A DNA stretch of 64,000 bases, taken from positions 374,345 to 438,344 of the forward strand of contig JBFWOS010000002.1 in the NCBI GenBank assembly GCA_050250375.1. The letters run 5' to 3'. Both the position numbers and the translations under genes were made by a program. The stretch comes from Candidatus Omnitrophota bacterium. Lineage in GTDB: Bacteria > Omnitrophota > Gorgyraeia > Zapsychrales > Zapsychraceae. Of the stretch, positions 28,398 to 38,463 are shown piece by piece. The notes beneath the pieces were generated by a model, which was not told where the DNA came from, ran no database searches, and worked only from the letters and a program-made list of their open reading frames with translations. Each line of letters opens with the position of its first letter. Position 1 is the first letter of the stretch.

Positions 28398-30730
28398 TTT
28401 TGTTTCTCCTGTTCCTCTTTTTCATTAAGAGCTTTAATAATCTTGTCCGGTGTGATGGGCAATTCTTTGATGCGCACCCCGATCGCGTCTTCAATCGCAT
28501 TGGCGATGGCGGCTGAAGTCGGCAATAATGAAGCCTCCCCCATTCCTTTCGCGCCGAAAGGTCCTTCAGGGTCGTTTGTCTCAACGAGGATGCTTTCCAT
28601 CGGGGGCATGCCCATGGTTCGGGGTAGTCTGTAATTAGCAAAATTACCGTTCGCCGGGCGTCCTTTTTTATCAAAATGCAAATTTTCCAGAAACGTATAT
28701 CCGATCCCCATGGCCAGTGACCCCTCAATTTGTCCTTCAACGGATTGGGGGTTGATCGCCTTGCCGATGTCGTGGGCGTCATACATTTTTAAAATAGTCA
28801 CCTCGCCGGTTTCCTTATTGACCTCGACTTCAGCGATCTGGGCCTCAAAACCGTAACTGCCGGACACATTGCCTTCACCGGTCCGAAAATCAATGGGCGT
28901 GGTTTTTGGATTATAACTGCCCCGTCCGATAATCTGCCGTCCATAATTAAATGAATAGGCTAACTGCAGGGCCTTATCAAAATCCATGATGACAGTGCCG
29001 TCTTTTTTGTTAACCACTTCTTCCGCTCTAATATCTAAGTCATCACTGACTAAATTTAATTCTTCACTCACGACCGATAAAACCTGATTTTTAGCATCCC
29101 TGGCCGCCCGGATGGTGGCATTGCCGGAAATGAACGTGACCCGCGAGGCAAAACTTCCGGTATCAAAAGGGGTGATTTCCGTGTCTCCGGATTTGCATTT
29201 GATCCGGCTGTAACTGACCCCTAATTCTTGGGCGGCAATCTGGGAAAGAGCCGTATTTGAGCCCTGGCCGGTATCGGCCGCTCCCGTAAACAAATAAACG
29301 GAACCGTCCTCTTCCACTTTAACGATTGAACCGGCGGATTCATGGGATTTGTACATTTTGGAACCCATGACGTCCGCGGCGATCCCGATGCCGATCCCCC
29401 GGCACAAATGGCTTTGTTGTCCGCGTTTTTCTTTCCATTTGGCGGATGCGCAGGCCTTTTCAATACACTCTTTCAGTCCGTTGGTGGTCAGTTTCATCTG
29501 GTTGACCGTCGTCATATTCGGCGACGTGATATTTTTCATGCGGAAATCAACCGGGTCCATTCCGATGCCTTTGGCCAGCAGATCTATATGGGATTCAATC
29601 GCAAACCCCGCCTGGACCCCACCAAAGCCCCGCATGGCGCCACTAATCGGGGTATTGGTGTAGACGCGGTAACCGGTGATCCTGAAATGTTGTAATTTGT
29701 AAACCATAAAAATTCTCATGATCGCGGCGGCCAGCACGGTTGGTCCGTAACTGCAATAAGCCCCTCCGTCCGCGATGACTTCTCCGGTCATGGCGACAAT
29801 GGTCCCGTCCTTTTTAACGCCGGATTTGATCCGGTAGATCATCCCGTGTTTTCTTCGAGACGCGAGAAATTCCTCTTCCCGGTTGTAGCAGATCTTAACC
29901 GGAAGACCGCCCGCCTTTTTAGACAGCATACAGGCGGCAAAATCCATCGGCAGCATTTCCAGTTTGCCGCCGAACCCCCCGCCCACCGCCATTTTAATGA
30001 CCCGGACGTCGTTCAAGTCCATCTTAAGGGTTTTGGCCAGGGCTTCCCGGCATTTAAACGGAGCCTGGCTTGAGGCCCATAAGGTAACTTTGTTTGAAAA
30101 TATTTCCCACTGCCCGACGCAGACATGCGGTTCCATGGCGGACTGATGCGCGGCCGGCGCGTAAAATTTATCTTCCCGGACATAATCGGCCTCTTTGAGC
30201 GCGCGGTCCGGGTTCCCGAAATTGACGGGCAGTATAACCGCAATGTTATTTAACGATTCATGGATCAGAGGCGCCCCGGGTTTCATGGCTTCTTCGACAT
30301 CCACCACATGCGGCAGGATTTCATATTCGACTTTGATCAGTTTGATCGCCTGGTCAACGGTCTCTTCATCAACCGCCGCGATCGCCCCGAATTCATCGCC
30401 GATATACCGGACTTTTTCCGATTCAAGCGCCATCTGGTCAATCGTATGCGGGAAAAAATATTCATTGGATCCGAATTTGATGTTATGCGTGTCTTTGGCT
30501 GTGATGATGGCCCGCACTCCGGGAAGTTTTTCCGCTTCAGATGTGTCGATGTTGAGAATTTTTGCGTGCGGGTGCGGGGAACGGAGCATTTTCCCTATGA
30601 GCATGTTCGGGAAACTCACGTCAAACGCGTATTTGGTCTGCCCGGTGACCATCCCGAGTCCGTCAATCCGGGGGACACTTTTTCCGACGGGATCCACATA
30701 TTCTTTTTTATAGCTGGTCATTCTTGGCAT
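28394..30730 (-). CDS. xanthine dehydrogenase-family molybdopterin-binding large subunit (aldehyde oxidase / xanthine dehydrogenase type)
   Basis: GGGFGGK Mo-cofactor motif, AMRGFGG active-site loop, and a/b hammerhead and MoCo-binding domains throughout. Start is chosen at the ATG just downstream of the small-subunit stop; the ORF-track TTG at 30775 overlaps it. Confidence 0.85.
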   Translation of the reverse strand: MPRMTSYKKEYVDPVGKSVPRIDGLGMVTGQTKYAFDVSFPNMLIGKMLRSPHPHAKILNIDTSEAEKLPGVRAIITAKDTHNIKFGSNEYFFPHTIDQMALESEKVRYIGDEFGAIAAVDEETVDQAIKLIKVEYEILPHVVDVEEAMKPGAPLIHESLNNIAVILPVNFGNPDRALKEADYVREDKFYAPAAHQSAMEPHVCVGQWEIFSNKVTLWASSQAPFKCREALAKTLKMDLNDVRVIKMAVGGGFGGKLEMLPMDFAACMLSKKAGGLPVKICYNREEEFLASRRKHGMIYRIKSGVKKDGTIVAMTGEVIADGGAYCSYGPTVLAAAIMRIFMVYKLQHFRITGYRVYTNTPISGAMRGFGGVQAGFAIESHIDLLAKGIGMDPVDFRMKNITSPNMTTVNQMKLTTNGLKECIEKACASAKWKEKRGQQSHLCRGIGIGIAADVMGSKMYKSHESAGSIVKVEEDGSVYLFTGAADTGQGSNTALSQIAAQELGVSYSRIKCKSGDTEITPFDTGSFASRVTFISGNATIRAARDAKNQVLSVVSEELNLVSDDLDIRAEEVVNKKDGTVIMDFDKALQLAYSFNYGRQIIGRGSYNPKTTPIDFRTGEGNVSGSYGFEAQIAEVEVNKETGEVTILKMYDAHDIGKAINPQSVEGQIEGSLAMGIGYTFLENLHFDKKGRPANGNFANYRLPRTMGMPPMESILVETNDPEGPFGAKGMGEASLLPTSAAIANAIEDAIGVRIKELPITPDKIIKALNEKEEQEKQK

Positions 30731-30737
30731 AGATGCG

Positions 30738-31208
30738 TTATTTGTTTTTCGCCAGTTCATGGCCGGCCGTTTCAACGGCCTCGATAATCTTTAAGTATCC
30801 GGCGCACCGGCACAGATTTCCGTCAAGCGCGTAATCAATTTCTTCACGGGTCGGGGCGGTGTTCCGGTCAAGCAAAGCCTTGCCTGACATGATAAACCCG
30901 GGGATACAAAAACCGCATTGGACGGCCCCTTTGTCCAGAAATGCCTGCTGGAGCGGATGAAGTTTATCCCCTTGCGACAAACCTTCAATCGTCACGATCT
31001 CATCGGCTTCAACGGCCTTGGCCAGGGTGATGCAGGATAAAACCGCTTTGCCGTTGACGGTGACCGTACACGTTCCGCATTCAGATTCCTCACACCCTGT
31101 CTTGGTCCCGGTCAGGCCCAAATGGTCGCGTAAAACTTCCAAAAGGGTTTCATTCCCCTTTAGTTCGAGTTCGTAATTTTTCTGGTTGATGGTCAGCGTC
31201 GTTTTCAT
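30738..31208 (-). CDS. (2Fe-2S)-binding small subunit of molybdenum hydroxylase
   Basis: Two [2Fe-2S] cysteine clusters (CEESECGTCTV and QCGFCIPG...CRCAGY). Confidence 0.88.
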   Translation of the reverse strand: MKTTLTINQKNYELELKGNETLLEVLRDHLGLTGTKTGCEESECGTCTVTVNGKAVLSCITLAKAVEADEIVTIEGLSQGDKLHPLQQAFLDKGAVQCGFCIPGFIMSGKALLDRNTAPTREEIDYALDGNLCRCAGYLKIIEAVETAGHELAKNK

Positions 31209-31209
31209 A

Positions 31210-32058
31210 TCAGATATTTTGGGTTAACTCGTTCACGGCCTGTTTCAGGCTTAAACGAAACATGTGTTTTTTGTAGTCACTGCTTCGTTTATCATAAATA
31301 GTTTCGGTTATATGGTCAAGGGCTTCCTGGCCCAAGCGGGCGGATATCGGCTGCGAATTGAGAAATTCTTCCAGGGCGTAATCTCTTTGGGCAAATTCAA
31401 CGCAATTATTCAGGGCAACACGTGTGTCTGTAAATCGGGTTCCCTTTATGGTTGTCCGGATGATCAAAGATAATAACGGGATATCAACAAATTGTGATTT
31501 TTTGACGCGCCGGTAGGCTGTCCTCGTCGCCGGATCCAGCGGAAAAGAAATCTTGGTCAGGACCAGGCCGGTTTTGGCGGCATTCTTAAAAAATTCTTCA
31601 GGGTCAATGATCTGTTCTTTCAGCGATTCATCAATAAAATAAAGTTTTGCTCCCAGGCCGACCGTAACGGCCGGCATCTCCGTCCAGGTATAACGGCAGG
31701 TTAAATTGCCTCCGATGGTGGCCATGTTGCGAATCGGCTGGGTCGAGATATTTTTGCAGACAAGTTTTAACAAAGGCAGCCGTTCTGCGACCTGCTTATG
31801 GGAGTAGATATCCGAAATAGCGGTCATCGATTTTATAACAAGGGCGTTCCCTTCCACAGAGATTCCTTTTAATTCGTTAATCTTCTGCAGGCTGATAATG
31901 TGCTGGGGTGTTTTGGCCCCGTTGCGTTTCAGCAGTTTAAGCTGGTTGAGCAGAAACGTCCCCCCTGCCTGGAGTCTGGCATTCTCCAGCTTGCTGTATA
32001 ATCCGGTCAGCTCGCCGATTGTTTTCGGGGCATGAAATGTGAATGAATTCAATAACAT
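31210..32058 (-). CDS. FAD-binding medium subunit of molybdenum hydroxylase
   Basis: FAD_binding_5 and CO_deh_flav_C pattern (AGGTFLL, TIGGNL). Confidence 0.8.
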   Translation of the reverse strand: MLLNSFTFHAPKTIGELTGLYSKLENARLQAGGTFLLNQLKLLKRNGAKTPQHIISLQKINELKGISVEGNALVIKSMTAISDIYSHKQVAERLPLLKLVCKNISTQPIRNMATIGGNLTCRYTWTEMPAVTVGLGAKLYFIDESLKEQIIDPEEFFKNAAKTGLVLTKISFPLDPATRTAYRRVKKSQFVDIPLLSLIIRTTIKGTRFTDTRVALNNCVEFAQRDYALEEFLNSQPISARLGQEALDHITETIYDKRSSDYKKHMFRLSLKQAVNELTQNI

Positions 32059-32185
32059 TGTTTATGGATTTGATGATGGGTTAATTGTCTGTCTTTTTTT
32101 GTCCGTCTCCATCCTCTTCCGGTGTAACCCTTTAATGTGGGAGTAGTATATCAGAAAATCAATTTTACGCAAGAATTTCGGCGGA

Positions 32186-34027
32186 TCATCCCGTGTCCTT
32201 TGGCTTGTCCAGAAAATCCTCAACCGCGACGTCAACAACGGCAAAATCCCAGCCATGGCCGGCGATTTCTTCCTTGATGGTTTCAGCCGGTTTGTCTTTA
32301 AAAACAGACTGATGGACGTTCAGGTATGTCAGCAGGATGGTTTTATTGAACTGCTGATGTTTATTTAAATACCAGCGCATGGGTTTTTCTTCAGTCTTTC
32401 GGTTTAGGATAAACGCAATAATTCCAAAAATTAACGGTAAGGCAATGACAAAGATGGAGCTGATCAAATAATAAGCGTGGACTTCACCGAAAAGATAACC
32501 GGTTGAATGCCAGAACGCGTCAAAAACATAATGAGCGACCAGAGTACAGATAAAACCATATTTAAGATAAATGTATGAAAGGAAAATGCCCAGGATGGAG
32601 ACTTCCACGGCCCGGAACCACATGGGATATACCGGATAAGTTGAATGGGCGAATCCCCAAAGCAGTGATGACGCGATAACAGCCGCGGCCGTATTTTTAA
32701 ATATCTTCTTTCCCAGGCTGATGCCGAACATCCGGTAAAGGATTTCTTCGGAAACACTGGCCTGAAATCCAAGCGTGATCCCTGCCAGGAACGGAAAATA
32801 CGCGGATGTTAATGTGGTCATCCAGGAATACTCCACCCAGACGCCGCAATATTTCTGGCCGAGTTTTAAAATCAGGGATTGTATTCCTAGCAGGATAATA
32901 AAGACAAAATATCCCAAGAAGATGGACTTGGCCACTTCTCTGGAAAAGAATGTGGAGTGGATATATTTCAGCAGACTTCCCTGCTTTTTGTCCTTGAACA
33001 CCTCAAAGTGGATCAGTTCCCCCGAGAGCCCCGGCATCAGTACAAAGAATGAAGACATCACTGTTCCGACAAAGGCGTTGATGAAAAAACGGACCAGATA
33101 AGAATTAAACGGAGATGTCGTCACATATCCGCTGAGGATTGATTCGAAAGAATTGAAAAACCCGAGCATGGATAATGTGAACACGATGACAGAAATAAAT
33201 ATATATGTTTTCTTTGTTGTATGCATCGCCAGATGATTGCGCCGGGACACGACAAAATAGACGGCGGAAATATAGAAAATCATGCTGAATATTCGGACCA
33301 CCACGGACAAATTGTCGGATATGTTTCCCTGTTTGGCCAGATCCCGGTTAAAATCTTCCGGGACCTGAAAGGTATGATGGCTGAACCGCAGAACTTGATC
33401 ACCGGAAATAGTGATTGAAGAGATCAGTTTTCCGGTCCCCCCTTTTATGGTCCAGGGGATGGATACGTCTTTGTGCAACCAGGCGAATGTATGATCATTT
33501 CGAAAATCATAGATGGTCGTCAGGTCTCCTTTAATTTCATAATTGTCCGTGTCAAAATTGAACCGTTCATTTAAAAATCGGATCGCGTCGGCCCGGGCTT
33601 CATTTTTGGTGATGATATCAATTTTGGCTGTTTCTTCAAGAGAATGGGAGTAACCGATCACCTGCCCTGTCCGGGAGGAGACGGTGACCGCATATTGTTC
33701 TTTGTCGCCTTCCTTGAAGAAAGCAATGCTCCAGTAAAATAAGTCGAAATTATAAGTTTCAATGAATTCGTTCAGCTTATCCAGACCGATGGTCTTTTGC
33801 AGGTATTGATTTGGCATCTGAGAACGTTTGAATGTAATGGAATGCTTGAAGTCATGCAGATCGGGTTCAATGGAAGATACATATTCGTTTGCAATTTTCA
33901 GTGCCTCAGTACGGTCAACGGTCAGTGTCACAAACGTCATCTGGGGATAACTGTAAATGTACCAGATGACGATGCTTAATAACGCACAAAGCGTATATAT
34001 GATCCAGAGTTTTTTCTTCAGGTTCAC
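32186..34027 (-). CDS. CPBP-family (CAAX protease-like) intramembrane metalloprotease with a large N-terminal extracytoplasmic domain
   Basis: C-terminal EEILYRMFG, FAHSTYP and HYVFDAFW motifs (EExxxR / FxxxH / HxxxD). About 250 aa of N-terminal domain follows a signal anchor. Confidence 0.6.
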   Translation of the reverse strand: MNLKKKLWIIYTLCALLSIVIWYIYSYPQMTFVTLTVDRTEALKIANEYVSSIEPDLHDFKHSITFKRSQMPNQYLQKTIGLDKLNEFIETYNFDLFYWSIAFFKEGDKEQYAVTVSSRTGQVIGYSHSLEETAKIDIITKNEARADAIRFLNERFNFDTDNYEIKGDLTTIYDFRNDHTFAWLHKDVSIPWTIKGGTGKLISSITISGDQVLRFSHHTFQVPEDFNRDLAKQGNISDNLSVVVRIFSMIFYISAVYFVVSRRNHLAMHTTKKTYIFISVIVFTLSMLGFFNSFESILSGYVTTSPFNSYLVRFFINAFVGTVMSSFFVLMPGLSGELIHFEVFKDKKQGSLLKYIHSTFFSREVAKSIFLGYFVFIILLGIQSLILKLGQKYCGVWVEYSWMTTLTSAYFPFLAGITLGFQASVSEEILYRMFGISLGKKIFKNTAAAVIASSLLWGFAHSTYPVYPMWFRAVEVSILGIFLSYIYLKYGFICTLVAHYVFDAFWHSTGYLFGEVHAYYLISSIFVIALPLIFGIIAFILNRKTEEKPMRWYLNKHQQFNKTILLTYLNVHQSVFKDKPAETIKEEIAGHGWDFAVVDVAVEDFLDKPKDTG

Positions 34028-34041
34028 AGGGGCCTCAAGCT

Positions 34042-34725
34042 TTACAGTAAATTTATGACTTCCGTCGGTAACTCATTGAGTTCCTGGTTTCCCAGGACCT
34101 TGATCGACCAGCGCAGCAGTTTGAGTTTTTGGGATAACCTGTTGTCCGGTTCGGTGACTTTTTCCAGACGTTTCCGGGATAGAAAAAGAACTTTTTGTAA
34201 CGTATCAAACATAATCCGCGCCTCTCGCGGCCGGTTGCTGCCGTTTGAAACGATATTTTCCAGGCCGTTAAAGGCCATCTCGTTGACGGTGATATTATAG
34301 TGGTCAAGCTTTTGGATCAGGGCCGGGACCATGGATTTGTAGTATTTATAACGGTCGATTAAACACAAGGTATGCATGATTTCAACCTGGACAAACGGTG
34401 AATCAGTCCTGTTTAACCGCCGCAAAAGCATTTTTTCAATATTCTTTTTTTCTTTGGAGACGACTTCATGCGAAAAATTTTCTTTAAAGACCCGCAAAGC
34501 GGCTGCGCGCTGATATTCATTCGGCAGCGCGTCATCATTGATCATTTCAATAATGATTTCCAAGGAGTATTTTCTGTATTGTTCGGTCCCCTTGTTAAGC
34601 AGACTCTTGTCATCAAATATCGTTGAGTAGGCCGTCGGGCCGTTTGTTCCGTCAGCTCCGGCAGGAAAAGAGGAAAATAAAATATCAACCGCCAATAATA
34701 TAAGGATTCGGATAAGTAATTTCAT
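34042..34725 (-). CDS. secreted hypothetical protein (helical repeats)
   Basis: Signal peptide; no motif recognised. Confidence 0.4.
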   Translation of the reverse strand: MKLLIRILILLAVDILFSSFPAGADGTNGPTAYSTIFDDKSLLNKGTEQYRKYSLEIIIEMINDDALPNEYQRAAALRVFKENFSHEVVSKEKKNIEKMLLRRLNRTDSPFVQVEIMHTLCLIDRYKYYKSMVPALIQKLDHYNITVNEMAFNGLENIVSNGSNRPREARIMFDTLQKVLFLSRKRLEKVTEPDNRLSQKLKLLRWSIKVLGNQELNELPTEVINLL

Positions 34726-35570
34726 GAACGGGCCATCTCCAGTGACAGATCGATGGACGGAGCCGAATGGGTAATGGCTCCCAGGGAAATACGGTCCACC
34801 CCCGTCTTAGCCACCGACTGGATTGTTTTGAGAGTGATTCCCCCGGATGCTTCCAGTAAAATTTTTTTGTTTAAACGGTTCCGGATTAGAACCGCTTTTT
34901 TTATCTGAACCGGTGACATATTATCCAGCATGATCATATCCGGTTTGGACAAAATGGCCTCCGTTAATTGTTCAACCGTTTCTACTTCAATCATAATTGT
35001 TTTTTTTGTTTTGTTTTTTACTCGTTTTATATTCTCTGCAATAGACAGTCCCTTTGTTCTCGCAGCCAGGTGATTGTCTTTGATGATCACCATATCGGAT
35101 AGATTAAACCGGTGATTGATGCCGCCTCCGCAGCGCACCGCATATTTTTCAAGCCAGCGTAAAGTGGGAGTAGTTTTCCGGGTGTCTAAAATGGCCGTAT
35201 TGTATTTCTTGACCATCGAGACATATTGCTGTGTCATCGTGGCTATCCCGCTGAGGTAGGCGAGGACATTCAACGCTGAGCGTTCACCCGTAAGGATGGC
35301 CCGTGTACGGCCTTTAATCACGGCAAGACAATCCCCCTTCTTGATTCCGGTTCCGTCTTTAAATTTCGTTTGAAAAGAAATGGACTTATCCAATCGTTTG
35401 AAGACCAGCTTTGCCAGATCCATCCCGCATAATACACCGTTTTGTTTTGCGATAATTCGGGCTCCAGACCGATGGTCAGAACGGACAAGTGAATTGGTCG
35501 TAATATCCAAAGAAGGTAAATCTTCTTTGAGAAGTTGTGTTATAAAATTCTTAATCAGAGTTTTATTCAT
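34722..35570 (-). CDS. nadC: nicotinate-nucleotide pyrophosphorylase [carboxylating]
   Basis: Full-length similarity to quinolinate phosphoribosyltransferase (TGERSALNVL, LDTRKTTPTLR, KDNH). Confidence 0.86.
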   Translation of the reverse strand: MNKTLIKNFITQLLKEDLPSLDITTNSLVRSDHRSGARIIAKQNGVLCGMDLAKLVFKRLDKSISFQTKFKDGTGIKKGDCLAVIKGRTRAILTGERSALNVLAYLSGIATMTQQYVSMVKKYNTAILDTRKTTPTLRWLEKYAVRCGGGINHRFNLSDMVIIKDNHLAARTKGLSIAENIKRVKNKTKKTIMIEVETVEQLTEAILSKPDMIMLDNMSPVQIKKAVLIRNRLNKKILLEASGGITLKTIQSVAKTGVDRISLGAITHSAPSIDLSLEMARS

Positions 35571-35735
35571 AATTAATATTAATGTTAAGTATTATAATTG
35601 TAGGGGTTATAAGTTTCAAGTGTATTCTCGAAGGAGATAGAGGGGGAATTTTTACGGACGGGTATTTTATAAATGAAAAAATCCTGTCTTGTTTCAACGG
35701 CAGGATTTTTTCAGATCGTTTAGGGTCGGTAAAGA

Positions 35736-36296
35736 TTATGGGGTGTCAGCCATTGCGGGCTGTTCTTCATCAACCTGCTCTTCTCCGGTATTTGTTAACA
35801 GCTCATTTGCCTGGACTACTTCGGGGGCCGCAACGTCGACCCCTTCGGTTTTTACCTCAACTGGCAACAGCGCTCCGTCCACCGGTTCGTCACCCGGAAA
35901 ATTAAAATTGAAATCCATATTGATCGGTTCGCTGGGCATGGGTCCTTTTGATAATTTTGAGATTAGTTTCCATTTTTTAGGTCCCCAGAAAAACCATTCA
36001 AATTCAAGCTCATCGCCCGCTTTTAACTCACTGAGGTCGGTCATATTGACTAATTTAATGGTTAATCGATTGAAAGTATATAAAATATCTTCCATTTCAT
36101 TTGTTTCCCAATTGTATTCGGTAATACGAATGGCTTGGCCTGGAATGTCAATCTTGGAAAACGTACCAAATCCTGTAGCCGGAGAATGTTCCGTGGGCGA
36201 TTGGGCTTGACTGGCTTCCTGCTCCTGAGCTTCAACAGGAGGTGATATGAGTAAAGCTAAACCTGCCATTAGAATAAGTAAGTGGAATTTGAACAA
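35736..36296 (-). CDS. secreted acidic hypothetical protein
   Basis: Signal peptide MFKFHLLILMAGLALLISPPVEA; no known motif. Confidence 0.4.
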   Translation of the reverse strand: MFKFHLLILMAGLALLISPPVEAQEQEASQAQSPTEHSPATGFGTFSKIDIPGQAIRITEYNWETNEMEDILYTFNRLTIKLVNMTDLSELKAGDELEFEWFFWGPKKWKLISKLSKGPMPSEPINMDFNFNFPGDEPVDGALLPVEVKTEGVDVAAPEVVQANELLTNTGEEQVDEEQPAMADTP

Positions 36297-36397
36297 TGCC
36301 TGCTCCTTTATCTTGGTAAACCTTTTCTGGGTGTACAGGTAAATTTAGATTTCAATTATAATAAATTTAACATAAATAATAGGAATTTTTCAAGAGG

Positions 36398-36565
36398 CTA
36401 TTTTTTAAATCCGAACACGGTAAAAACCAGGTAAAAATAGGTTACGGTGAAGACCAGTCCATACCAGTACCATGGGACATCAAACAGGACCGGAACAAAC
36501 TGGACGATCATCAGCGTAAAACTGAAAACACAGATTTTCAGGAGACCGATATCCACCCAGTTCAT
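36398..36565 (-). CDS. small membrane protein
   Basis: Two hydrophobic helices; the ATG directly abuts the tag stop. Confidence 0.3.
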   Translation of the reverse strand: MNWVDIGLLKICVFSFTLMIVQFVPVLFDVPWYWYGLVFTVTYFYLVFTVFGFKK

Positions 36566-37215
36566 TTTCCTGATTTTTTGGTTCGCCCATTCTGTAAACA
36601 TAATGTCTCCTTTGGTGAGGTTGGGATTTTCTTTTGCCCGCGGACCAGCTCCTTATGCCGGAAACAGTTTGTGGCATGATCATTGACCATCCCGCTGGCC
36701 TGCATATAAGCGTAACAGATCGTCGGGCCGACAAAATTAAACCCGCGTTTGCGTAAATTGGCACTCATCGCTGTTGATTCAGCGGTTTTCGCCGGAAGTT
36801 TTTGAGATCCGGCAAACCGGTTAACTTTAGTTTTGTGCCCGACAAACTGCCAGATGTACTGATCAAACGATCCGAATTCTTCCTGAATTCGCAGGAAAGC
36901 CCTGGCGTTTTGGACTGCCGATTCGATCTTCATCCGGTTACGGATAATGCCTGTATCCTTAAGCAGACGGTTGATATCCTTTTTGGTGTAGGCGGCCACC
37001 TTGACCGGATCGAAACCGGCAAACGCTTTGCGGTACCCTTCCCGTCTGCGCAGAATAGTCAGCCAGCTTAAGCCGGCCTGGGCCCCATCAAGAATCAAGT
37101 GTTCAAAATGCTTGCGGTCATCGTGGATCGGTACCCCCCACTCATGATCGTGATAGTTGTAATAATCAGTATGACTATGCGCCCAGGCGCAACGGGTTAT
37201 TGTTTTTTCGGTCAT
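36562..37215 (-). CDS. tag: DNA-3-methyladenine glycosylase I
   Basis: RCAWA...YHDHEWG...ILDGAQAGLSW signature with Zn ligands of the Tag family. Confidence 0.82.
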   Translation of the reverse strand: MTEKTITRCAWAHSHTDYYNYHDHEWGVPIHDDRKHFEHLILDGAQAGLSWLTILRRREGYRKAFAGFDPVKVAAYTKKDINRLLKDTGIIRNRMKIESAVQNARAFLRIQEEFGSFDQYIWQFVGHKTKVNRFAGSQKLPAKTAESTAMSANLRKRGFNFVGPTICYAYMQASGMVNDHATNCFRHKELVRGQKKIPTSPKETLCLQNGRTKKSGK

Positions 37216-37241
37216 ATTTCTTTGGGATTAAAATATTGTTC

Positions 37242-37790
37242 CTAAAGGAACGGAAAATAATAAAAAATTTTGTTGATCGCTTCGGTCAGTTTGGGATGTT
37301 CGGCCCCGACCCGTTTTCCTAGAATTTTTAGAATCAGCATAAAATCTTTGAAGCCTGCGGACAGATTCTTTTTGTGGCGCATCACCTCTTCAAACTGGTG
37401 CAGGGTATCTTTGGCGAGGTCTTCGGCAGACTCGGAGGAAACCAGCTCTTCCAGATAATCGATGATCTTTTCAAATTCATTCTGCTGCAGCCAGACCCCA
37501 TGGCAATGTTCACATTTATCAATAAAAATGTCGGAATGGCTGTACGGGATGGAATGCATTTCCTTCTGACATTGCGGGCAGAGTGTGCCTTCCGGGGTAT
37601 CATCGATCAAACTTGTATCCTGGTCAAAAGGATCAAAGTCAATCCAGCGCAGATCTTCATCCGTGTCGTCTTTTGCCTTTTTGAGTTCGCCCCGGTCGAA
37701 CCAGCGTCCGTGGCAGCTCGGGCATTCGCCGATGGCCACACCTTTAAATAGGATATTTTTTAATTCATCATGACATTGCGGACATTCCAT
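37242..37790 (-). CDS. tandem zf-TFIIB-type zinc-ribbon domain protein
   Basis: Two CPxC...G...CPxCxGxW(F/L)D modules (CPQCHDEL...CPSCHGRWFD and CPQCQKEM...CEHCHGVWL). Confidence 0.6.
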   Translation of the reverse strand: MECPQCHDELKNILFKGVAIGECPSCHGRWFDRGELKKAKDDTDEDLRWIDFDPFDQDTSLIDDTPEGTLCPQCQKEMHSIPYSHSDIFIDKCEHCHGVWLQQNEFEKIIDYLEELVSSESAEDLAKDTLHQFEEVMRHKKNLSAGFKDFMLILKILGKRVGAEHPKLTEAINKIFYYFPFL

Positions 37791-38135
37791 AGGGGGTTCC
37801 TTCCTGTTTACATAATGTCCCTGATTGACTTGGCTGCGCCAGTGTTTGAATCATATTATCTTGTATAAACGATCAACCTTCAAGAATTTATTTGATTAAG
37901 ATTCTTAATGTGAGTGGAAATCTGCGGCCGGCGATGCGAAATTATACCCCCAACCCTACACGTCTCCTCACCCAAGTAAACATGCGGATTGGGGGTATAG
38001 TTCTGATAATGCTAGCGTTACCAGACTTAATCCGTTTACTTTTTCAAGTAAACGGGAAGATTGCCTTCTGTTTATATTCTATAAAAAAAGACACAGAGGG
38101 TATATTGGATAAAGTAAGTAGAAGATTACGTGTTA

Positions 38136-38450
38136 TTACTTATGTTTTGTCCCGCTGCCGGGAAGGGTTTTTGGTAAGACCGGCCTGAAAACGGCGCGCA
38201 ATAACCAGCCGATCCCTTTACCGGTCCAATAAGCCGCGACGATATTGGCCAGAAAAATCAATCCGTAAGCGTAAAAAGCCAGGTCATGATCGATAAACCG
38301 TTCAACGAAAATAATCCAGGGCAGTACCGGGATCACAACCACATAACCGCAGTACTGTCCGGAACAGGTCCGGGCGTAATACCAGCAGAAAGCCGTACCG
38401 GCCAGGTACAGCAGAACGAGCAAGACTCCGAAGAAAGATATTTTTTTCAT
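38136..38450 (-). CDS. small integral membrane protein
   Basis: Three hydrophobic helices. Confidence 0.35.
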   Translation of the reverse strand: MKKISFFGVLLVLLYLAGTAFCWYYARTCSGQYCGYVVVIPVLPWIIFVERFIDHDLAFYAYGLIFLANIVAAYWTGKGIGWLLRAVFRPVLPKTLPGSGTKHK

Positions 38451-38463
38451 GTGATAGAAGTGA

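Noticed and set aside
37960-38030. tRNA-like sequence (GGGGGTATAGTTC...)
   Set aside because: It cannot be folded into a cloverleaf with D and T arms and has no GTTCRANYC T-loop; it is better explained by the inverted repeat.
37892-38188. 98-aa plus-strand ORF in the intergenic region
   Set aside because: It has no RBS and overlaps the inverted-repeat structures; its composition looks like a frame through noncoding DNA.
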